Notes under the pieces: model-generated
Told to the model about the DNA's origin: nothing
What the model saw: only the letters and a program-made list of their open reading frames with translations
Database searches by the model: none
Shown here: piece by piece, positions 57,375 to 64,000 of the stretch
Position numbering within the stretch: position 1 is the stretch's first letter
Layout of the letters: each line of letters begins with the position of its first letter
Origin: Myxococcota bacterium
Lineage (GTDB): Bacteria > Myxococcota_A > UBA796 > SXON01
Assembly (NCBI GenBank): GCA_040386535.1
Contig: JAZKFH010000039.1
Location: 1-64,000 of the forward strand
DNA: 64,000 nt
Direction: 5' to 3'
Position numbers and translations under genes: made by a program

Positions 57375-58766
57375 ATGCTGGGGCTCCTTGCCCTCCTGGG
57401 CCATGCCCATGCCGCCGACGTCCTGTTCGTCGACGCCACGCCGGTCACGCTGGATGACTTCTCGGTCGCCGGGTTGTTCTACGGCATGGTCGCCACCGCC
57501 GCGCAGGACGAGGGCCTCTCGTTCGACGACGTCGATGCGATCCGCGCCTGGGCCGGCGAGGACGCCGACACCTGCTGGGACGTGGACGCCTGCCCCGCCA
57601 ACCTCTGGGACCGCACGGACGCGCGGCTCGCCGTGGTCCTCTCGGTGGGCCAGTCGCCCGCGGGGCTCGAGGTCGGCGTGCGGCTGCACGGGGCCGACGA
57701 GGCCGCGCCGTTCAAGGTCATCCGCGAGACCGTGGCGCCGGGCCAGGAGGCCGCGTTCGCCCGCACCATCGCGCGCGCCGCGCGGGACGCCTTGCCGCTG
57801 CTCCCCGCGCGCAAGCCCGTGGCCCCCTTCAAGGGCCCGGTGCTCGTGCTCGAAGACGAGTTCGTGGAGGGTGACGCGCCGCCCGTCAAGGACGCCCCGA
57901 AGCCGGAGGTCCGCCCCGAGCGGGAGCCGCGCGTCGAGCGCACGCCGCGGGACGACCGGCCCCCCACTGACGACGCGGTGCGGGCCCGCCTGCGCGCGGA
58001 CGAGGATCGCCGTCGGATGGGCGTCCCGGCCGGCGCCTACGCTCGCTACGAGGCCAGTGGCCTGTCGCGGGAGGACTGGCTCAAGGCGGCGCGGGTGCGC
58101 GCCGGCCGCGGCTTCCTCGAGCTCCACGGGGGCTACGGCCTCGGGGACGTCGATCGGGGCTACGGCGTCCGCCTCGGCATCGAGAAGCAGGGGGAGGCCT
58201 TCGACACCGTCGGCACCTCCACGTGGGAGGGCGCCGGAGCGAGCGCCGCGCCCACGTTCGGGTTCGCCCTCGGCTACGCCCCCGCGTGGTTCCTCGACAC
58301 GTCCGTGGCCGTGGCCGTGCAGTACGGCAGCAAGCACCTGGACACCGGCTGGGAGTGCTCCGCGCTCTGTGACCCGGCGGACGAAGAGTACTACCACGAG
58401 CCCGTCGGCGCCGTGCAGGCCTTCGTCGAGCCGCGCCTGCGCCTGTTCCCCGTCGCCACCGGCGTCGTGAAGCCGTACGCCATCGTCGCCTTCAGCGTGC
58501 TCCTGCACGACGGCTTCAAGGTGCCCGACCCCGACTTCGTCGACTACCCGGACGCCCCGGCGGGCGCGTCGCTCGGGCCCACGGCCGGCCTGGGGATCGC
58601 GTTCGACCCCATCTCCCGCATCACGATCTTCGCCGAGGTGCCCGCCACGCTGCTCCTGACGCCCGCGCGCACGGGGACGGACGGCGAGGTCGGGCTCTCG
58701 CCGGGGAGGCTCACCAGCGGGGGCTACGTCGTGCGCTTCGTCGGCGGGATCGGCATCCGTCTCTAA
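57375..58766 (+). CDS. Exported protein with probable C-terminal outer-membrane beta-barrel
   Basis: Signal ending AHA, P/E/R linker, alternating strands, terminal GGIGIRL. Confidence 0.65.
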   Translation: MLGLLALLGHAHAADVLFVDATPVTLDDFSVAGLFYGMVATAAQDEGLSFDDVDAIRAWAGEDADTCWDVDACPANLWDRTDARLAVVLSVGQSPAGLEVGVRLHGADEAAPFKVIRETVAPGQEAAFARTIARAARDALPLLPARKPVAPFKGPVLVLEDEFVEGDAPPVKDAPKPEVRPEREPRVERTPRDDRPPTDDAVRARLRADEDRRRMGVPAGAYARYEASGLSREDWLKAARVRAGRGFLELHGGYGLGDVDRGYGVRLGIEKQGEAFDTVGTSTWEGAGASAAPTFGFALGYAPAWFLDTSVAVAVQYGSKHLDTGWECSALCDPADEEYYHEPVGAVQAFVEPRLRLFPVATGVVKPYAIVAFSVLLHDGFKVPDPDFVDYPDAPAGASLGPTAGLGIAFDPISRITIFAEVPATLLLTPARTGTDGEVGLSPGRLTSGGYVVRFVGGIGIRL

Positions 58767-58798
58767 GGGCACCGAGCCGACGCGCGTTAGGGAGGCGC

Positions 58799-59272
58799 AT
58801 GACGACTCCTCTCGTCGGCATCATCATGGGCAGCCGCTCCGACGCCGACACCATGCGCGCCGCGGCTGACGTGCTCGAAGAATTCGGCGTGCCCTACGAG
58901 TTCAGCGTCGTGAGCGCGCACCGCACGCCCGACCTGATGTTCGAGTACGCGGGCGCCGCGGCGGATCGTGGCCTCCGCGTCGTGATCGCCGGCGCGGGCG
59001 GCGCCGCCCACCTCCCGGGCATGGTCGCCGCCAAGACCCGGCTGCCGGTCATCGGCGTGCCGGTCCAGAGCAAGGCGCTCAACGGCCTGGACTCGCTCCT
59101 CTCCATCGTCCAGATGCCGCGCGGCATCCCCGTGGCCACGGTCGCGATCGGCGGCGCGGCCAACGCGGGCCTGCTCGCCGTGCGCATCCTCGCGCTGACG
59201 GACGCCGGGCTCGCCACCGCGCTCGACACGTTCCACGCCCGGCAGGCCCGCGAGGCGTTGGAGCCCGGATGA
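58799..59272 (+). CDS. purE: N5-CAIR mutase
   Basis: [44 protein letters not shown]. Confidence 0.97.
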   Translation: MTTPLVGIIMGSRSDADTMRAAADVLEEFGVPYEFSVVSAHRTPDLMFEYAGAAADRGLRVVIAGAGGAAHLPGMVAAKTRLPVIGVPVQSKALNGLDSLLSIVQMPRGIPVATVAIGGAANAGLLAVRILALTDAGLATALDTFHARQAREALEPG

Positions 59273-60450
59273 GCTCCGTAGCCCCCGTTGGCGCCTCCGT
59301 CGGCGCCCCCGCGCCCGTCATCCCGCCCGGCAGCACCATCGGCATCTTCGGCGGCGGCCAGCTCGGCCGCATGATCGCGATGAGCGCGCGGCAGCTCGGC
59401 TACGGCGTCGTCGTGCTCGACCCCGACGCGAACGGCCCCGCCGCGGGCCTCGCCGACCGCGTCATCCACGCCTCGTTCGAGGACACCGCGGCCGCGCGCC
59501 AGCTCGCCGACGCGTGCGACGTGGTCACCTACGAGTTCGAGAACGTCCCCGAGGCGACCGTGCGCGCCATCGAGGGGCGGGTGCCGGTGCGGCCCGACGC
59601 CGCGCTCCTCGGCGTCACGCAGGACCGTGTGCGCGAGCACGCCTTCCTGCATCGCCACGGCGTCCCCACCGCGCCCGGCTGCCCGGTGCGCACCCCCGAC
59701 GAGCTCGCCGCCGCCGTCCTCCGCTTCGGCTTTCCGTCGCGACTCAAGTCCGCGCGAGGCGGCTATGACGGGGGCGGGCAGCACCGCATCCGGAACGCCG
59801 CCGAGGCCGCCCTCGCCACCACCCTGCTCGACGGGCGGGAGTGGCTCTTCGAGCGTGACGTCGCCTTCACCGCCGAGGTGTCGGTCGTCGTGACCCGCGG
59901 GGTGGACGGCGCGGTGCGCACCTTCCCCGTCTTCGAGAACGAGCACGCCGACGGCATCCTCCGCCTCACCCGCGCGCCCGCCCGGGTCCCGCTCCCCGCC
60001 ACCGCCGGGGCCGAGGCGATCGCCCGCACCCTCGCCGAGGCCGCCGGGCTCGTCGGCACCCTCACCGTCGAGTGTTTCGTCACCGCGGAGGGCGTGCTGG
60101 TCAACGAGCTGGCGCCCCGCGTGCACAACTCGGGGCACCTCACCGTCGAGGCCTGCGCCACCTCGCAGTTCGAGCAGCACGTGCGCGCCATCTGCGGCCT
60201 CCCGCTGGGCGACACGGCGCTGCGCGCCCCCGCGGCGATGGTGAACCTCCTCGGCACGGTCGATCGTCGCCGCGCGCGGCTCACCGGCGCCGACATCGCC
60301 CTGGCCGTGCCCGACGTGCACCTGCACCTCTACGGCAAGGCCTCCGTGCGGCCGCGCCGCAAGATGGGCCACGTGACCGCGCTCGGCGCCACGATCGAAG
60401 AGGCGGTGGCGCGCGCGGAGCGGGCCGCCGGGGCGCTCGGCTTCGCGTAG
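59269..60450 (+). CDS. purK: N5-CAIR synthetase
   Basis: [37 protein letters not shown]. Confidence 0.96.
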   Translation: MSSVAPVGASVGAPAPVIPPGSTIGIFGGGQLGRMIAMSARQLGYGVVVLDPDANGPAAGLADRVIHASFEDTAAARQLADACDVVTYEFENVPEATVRAIEGRVPVRPDAALLGVTQDRVREHAFLHRHGVPTAPGCPVRTPDELAAAVLRFGFPSRLKSARGGYDGGGQHRIRNAAEAALATTLLDGREWLFERDVAFTAEVSVVVTRGVDGAVRTFPVFENEHADGILRLTRAPARVPLPATAGAEAIARTLAEAAGLVGTLTVECFVTAEGVLVNELAPRVHNSGHLTVEACATSQFEQHVRAICGLPLGDTALRAPAAMVNLLGTVDRRRARLTGADIALAVPDVHLHLYGKASVRPRRKMGHVTALGATIEEAVARAERAAGALGFA

Positions 60451-60469
60451 TTTCCGGCGCCGTAGTCGC

Positions 60470-60503
60470 TTGAAACAAAAAGGAGCAATAACGTATGTAA
60501 GTC
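60470..60503 (+). promoter_or_regulatory. AT-rich putative promoter/operator
   Basis: TTGAAACAAAAAGGAGCAATAACGTATGTAAG stands out in very GC-rich DNA upstream of a small ORF. Confidence 0.4.
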
Positions 60504-60576
60504 CTTGCCCGAGATGGCGTATGCAATGTGCGCCGCTGCGGTGGTTCGCCGCGGGTTGCAACGGGAGGACGTTCAC

Positions 60577-60828
60577 ATGCTCGAAAGAGACGAAGAAGAA
60601 GACGAGATCACGCACCGCCACGTGCCCTTCTCCGTAGCGGACGCCAATGATCGCCTCTCGTTCGCGGTCACCCGCGTGCTCGAAGGGGAGCTCGGCGAGG
60701 TCCGGCGCGCCATCGAGGCGCTCCCGGCCACCCATCCCCGCCGCCGGCTCCTGGTCTCGAGCCTGCACAAGGTGGTGGCGATGCTCCAGGATCTCCCGTC
60801 GATCCTGACGGTGCAAGCCCCGCGCTGA
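60577..60828 (+). CDS. Small hypothetical protein
   Basis: GGAGG RBS before ATG, amphipathic helical composition. Confidence 0.55.
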   Translation: MLERDEEEDEITHRHVPFSVADANDRLSFAVTRVLEGELGEVRRAIEALPATHPRRRLLVSSLHKVVAMLQDLPSILTVQAPR

Positions 60829-60836
60829 TCCGGGCG

Positions 60837-62144
60837 CTACACGCTCGTCCCGCGGCCCTCTGGCACCACCACCCGCCGTAGCCGGACCAGCCGGATGCGT
60901 CGCGGCGTGGCCTCCACGATCTCCAGCTCCGCCCCCTCGACCTCAATGCGCTCTCCGGCCTGGGGGAGATGCCCTGCGCGCGCGATGCAGAGGCCCGCGA
61001 CGGTCGAGAAGTCGCCCTCCGGTAGGTCGATGCCGATCGCCCGATCGAGCTCGTGGAGGGGAAAGTCCCCCGCGATGAGCCAGCTGCCGTCGGGTTGCCG
61101 CGTGAGCCCCACGCGCGGTGCGTCGTTCTCGCTCATGATCTCGCCGACCAGCTCCTCGACCAGGTCCTCCATGGTCACGACGCCGACCAGCGTGCCCTGC
61201 TCGTCGATGACGAGCGCGAGCGACATCCGCTCGGACTGCAGCTTGCGGAGCAGCGCGGGCGCCGGCATCGAGTCGGGGACGAAGAGCACCGGGTGCACGA
61301 ACGACGCGAGCGCCCATCCGAGCGGCTCGGACACCGCGGCGGCAAGGGCTTCGCGCACGTTGACGAAGCCGACGATGTCGTCGGAATGCGCGTCGTACAC
61401 GGGGAGGCGGCCGTGGCCGCTCTCGCGGGCCACCCGGGCGACAGTCGAGGCGTCGGCCGACCGCTGCACCATCGCGATGCGCGCGCGTGGCACCATCACC
61501 GTGTACGCGTCGAGCGAGCTGAACTCGAGCGCCCGGGACGCGATCTCCCCGGCGTGCGGATCCACCGACCCCGTGGTCGTGGCCTCCTCCACCATCTGCT
61601 GGATCTCGTCGCGGGAGAGGCGGGACTCGGTGAAGGTGGTCTCGTCGCCGAACACCCGCAGCACGAGGTTCGAGACCCCGGTGAGCAGCGCCACGATTGG
61701 GCGGGCGGCCCACGCCAGCGCGGCGAGGGGGCGGCCGATGAACAACGCGTACGACTCGCCGGCGCGGAGCGCGAGGGACTTCGGCACCAGCTCGCCGAGC
61801 ACGAGCGAGAGCATCGAGACCGCGGCCACGACGAGCCCCAGCGCCAGCTTGTCGGCGACGCTCGCGAGGGCGGGGATGCGGGCGATGAGGGGCGCGAGGT
61901 CCTCGGCGACGGCGGCGCCGCCGAAGGCCGCCGCGGTGGCGCCCACGACGGTGATGCCGATCTGCACGGTCGCCAGGAACGACTCGGGGTTCTCCCGCAG
62001 GCGCATGACCGCGCGGGCGGCGCTGCTCCCTTCGTCCACCAGCTCGACGAGCCGCGTTTTCCGCAGCGACAGCACCGCGATCTCCGCGCCGGCGAACACG
62101 CCGTTGAGCAGCACGAGCGCGAAGATGATGGCGATCTCGAACAA
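60837..62144 (-). CDS. CNNM/CorB-type (hemolysin TlyC family) CBS-domain membrane protein
   Basis: NGVFAGAEIA, FLATVQIGIT, GELVPKSLAL, VIDEQG, EDLVEELVGEI, CorC-like C-terminus; TTG start inferred. Confidence 0.92.
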   Translation of the reverse strand: MFEIAIIFALVLLNGVFAGAEIAVLSLRKTRLVELVDEGSSAARAVMRLRENPESFLATVQIGITVVGATAAAFGGAAVAEDLAPLIARIPALASVADKLALGLVVAAVSMLSLVLGELVPKSLALRAGESYALFIGRPLAALAWAARPIVALLTGVSNLVLRVFGDETTFTESRLSRDEIQQMVEEATTTGSVDPHAGEIASRALEFSSLDAYTVMVPRARIAMVQRSADASTVARVARESGHGRLPVYDAHSDDIVGFVNVREALAAAVSEPLGWALASFVHPVLFVPDSMPAPALLRKLQSERMSLALVIDEQGTLVGVVTMEDLVEELVGEIMSENDAPRVGLTRQPDGSWLIAGDFPLHELDRAIGIDLPEGDFSTVAGLCIARAGHLPQAGERIEVEGAELEIVEATPRRIRLVRLRRVVVPEGRGTSV

Positions 62145-62227
62145 GGCGAGGCTCCGGTGGCGCCCCCTATCGCGATGCCATCCCCGGCGCGGCGACGCGA
62201 AACCGCCGACCACCCCCCAGCGCGGCG

Positions 62228-62656
62228 CTACCCGGCGGGCGTGAAGTAGAAGATCGGCCCGTCGAACGCCCCGCCGTCGGCCGCCCAGGCGCCGAGCATC
62301 ACGTCGCCGCCACACTTGGTGGTCAACACCGGCGCGTCGAGGATGACCCCCGCCAGGACCACGCTCCCATCGACGGAGTAGGCGTCCATGGTCGCGTGGC
62401 TGTAGTTGGTGTAGCAGTCCGTGTAGCGATCGCCCGCGTCATGGGCCACGAGGTCCCACTCCTCCACCGCCCCCTCGGCGTCGGTGAGCGACAGCAGCAG
62501 CGCCCCGGTGTCGATGGAGAGCACGCCGTCGACCGTGTCGGCGGTGCCCTCGGGCTCGGCCATGGCGAAGACGTAGTCGCCGTTGGGGACAGGCAGCACG
62601 TCTACGGTGCAGGCGGAGAGGAGCAGGAGGGCGAGGGGGAGCAGGGTGCGGGTCAT
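62228..62656 (-). CDS. Lipoprotein of unknown function
   Basis: MTRTLLPLALLLLSAC lipobox. Confidence 0.65.
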   Translation of the reverse strand: MTRTLLPLALLLLSACTVDVLPVPNGDYVFAMAEPEGTADTVDGVLSIDTGALLLSLTDAEGAVEEWDLVAHDAGDRYTDCYTNYSHATMDAYSVDGSVVLAGVILDAPVLTTKCGGDVMLGAWAADGGAFDGPIFYFTPAG

Positions 62657-62695
62657 GGGGGCCTCTGGCAACCTGGGAAGCAAGGGGCGTGCCAG

Positions 62696-64000
62696 CTACA
62701 GCTGGCCTACAGTGTATATTTTCATGGTGTTCGTGGCTCCGCGCATCGGAGTATTCCCGGCCAACGCCACGATCTCCTGCCCCCGCGTGATGAGCCCGCG
62801 GTCCAGCAGCGTCTGCTCGCCGAGCGCGATGAGCTCGTCGGTGGACGCGACCGAAGGCGAGCGGATCGGGGTCACGCCCCACGCGAGCGCGAGACGATCG
62901 TAGGTGGTCTGGTTGGGCGTGAGCGCGAAGATGGGGGCGGGCGGGCGGGACTTGCTCGCGTAGAGCGCGGTTGCGCCGGACCACGTGAACACCATCAACG
63001 GGCGCGAGATCTCGCGGACGGCGTAGCAGGCCGAACGCACGACCGTATGCGACGGGCCGGCGAGCACGGAGACCTCTTCGAGCGGGATGCGCATCCAGCG
63101 GCTGTTCTCGACCTCGCGGGCGATGCGGTCCATCGCCTCGACGGAGCGCACCGGGTAGCGGCCGGCCGCGGTCTCGCCGGAGAGCATGATGGCGTCGGTG
63201 CCGTCGATGATCGCGTTGGCGACGTCGGTGGTCTCGGCGCGGGTGGGCCGCGGGTTGCGCTCCATCGAGTCGAGCATCTGGGTGGCGGTGATGACGAGCA
63301 CGCCGGCCTTGTTGGCGGAGGCGATCAAGTCCTTCTGGATGACCGGCACGCGCTCGAAGCTCACCTCGACGCCGAGATCACCACGCGCGACCATGATGCC
63401 CTCGACCACGCCGAGGATCTCCTGGATATTGGCGACCGCCTGGGGCTTCTCGATCTTGGCGATGATGGGGAGGTCGGTCACCTCGAGCCGGCGCAGGTGC
63501 TCGCGCAGGATCAGCACGTCCGTCGCCTGGCTCACGAAGGAGAGCGCGACGAAGTCGACGCCGGCGCGCACGCCGGTCTCCAGGTCCTCGATGTCCTTCT
63601 CGGTGAGGCAGGGCGCGCTCACGGCCACGCCGGGCAGGTTGATGCCCTTGTGGCTGCCGAGCTCGCCGCCGTCCTCGATGCGGATGTCGACCTCGCCGGG
63701 GGTCAGCTCGCGGCGCACCGCCGCGACGTGGCCGGACAGGGCGCCGTCGGCGAACAGCACGTAGTCGCCCAGCGTCACGTCGCCGGCCATGCCGGTGTAC
63801 GTCGTGCCGATGCGGTTCCCGTCGGCCACGTAGTCCTCGTCCATCACGACGGTGATCACGTCCCCGGTGCGGAGCACGAGGGGCTTGGGGAGCGCGCCGG
63901 TGCGGATCTTGGGGCCCTGGAGATCGAGCAGGATGCCCGCGGCGCGGTCGAGCTTGGTCGCGGCGCGGCGGATGCGCGCCACGCCCTCGCGGATCCCGTC
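62696..64000 (-). CDS. pyk: Pyruvate kinase (5' end outside the window)
   Basis: DLQGPKIR, KGINLPG, IIAKIE, IMVARGDLGVE, ATQMLDSM, PTRAE, MLSGETA. Confidence 0.97.
   Translation of the reverse strand, partial: DGIREGVARIRRAATKLDRAAGILLDLQGPKIRTGALPKPLVLRTGDVITVVMDEDYVADGNRIGTTYTGMAGDVTLGDYVLFADGALSGHVAAVRRELTPGEVDIRIEDGGELGSHKGINLPGVAVSAPCLTEKDIEDLETGVRAGVDFVALSFVSQATDVLILREHLRRLEVTDLPIIAKIEKPQAVANIQEILGVVEGIMVARGDLGVEVSFERVPVIQKDLIASANKAGVLVITATQMLDSMERNPRPTRAETTDVANAIIDGTDAIMLSGETAAGRYPVRSVEAMDRIAREVENSRWMRIPLEEVSVLAGPSHTVVRSACYAVREISRPLMVFTWSGATALYASKSRPPAPIFALTPNQTTYDRLALAWGVTPIRSPSVASTDELIALGEQTLLDRGLITRGQEIVALAGNTPMRGATNTMKIYTVGQL

Noticed and set aside
60481..60508. dif/Xer site
   Set aside because: One arm ends in ATAA, but the XerD arm (TTATGTTAAAT) is not matched.
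60837..62144. Pore-forming hemolysin toxin
   Set aside because: Motifs are those of CNNM/CBS/CorC Mg-transport-related proteins; the hemolysin name is historical.

Overview
Very GC-rich, gene-dense bacterial window. It is most likely Myxococcota (inference from a MYXO-CTERM-like tail, a Ser/Thr kinase-TPR operon, a TonB_C-fused receptor, a DUF1501 pair and a DT-repeat lipoprotein). Housekeeping or common genes: cphA, yicC-gmk-rel, a phoB-like regulator, meaB, purE-purK, a CNNM/CBS protein and partial pyk. The centrepiece (30331-52743) is a ~22 kb aryl-polyene/flexirubin-like type II PKS/FAS lipid cluster with an unusual architecture. It has two ACPs, three catalytically intact ketosynthases (one fused to a CLF-like domain), a stand-alone CLF, three hotdog dehydratases, a flavin-dependent halogenase-like enzyme and a phytoene-desaturase-family oxidoreductase. 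It also carries GT2-LpxL, PlsC-methyltransferase, MMPL-C45 Ntn-hydrolase and dehydratase-phosphomannose isomerase fusions, plus LolA, DUF3261 and an embedded TonB-dependent receptor. No ketoreductase or starter-activating ligase is visible. Directly downstream is a surface-anchored protein with BPI/LBP-like (TULIP) motifs. Other points of note: a kinase-TPR-Venus-flytrap operon, an ECHDC1-like crotonase next to meaB, ultra-short signal peptides and a candidate structured RNA at 105-205. All family calls come from motif recognition by eye, not database searches. No rRNA, tRNA, CRISPR array or transposase was recognised.
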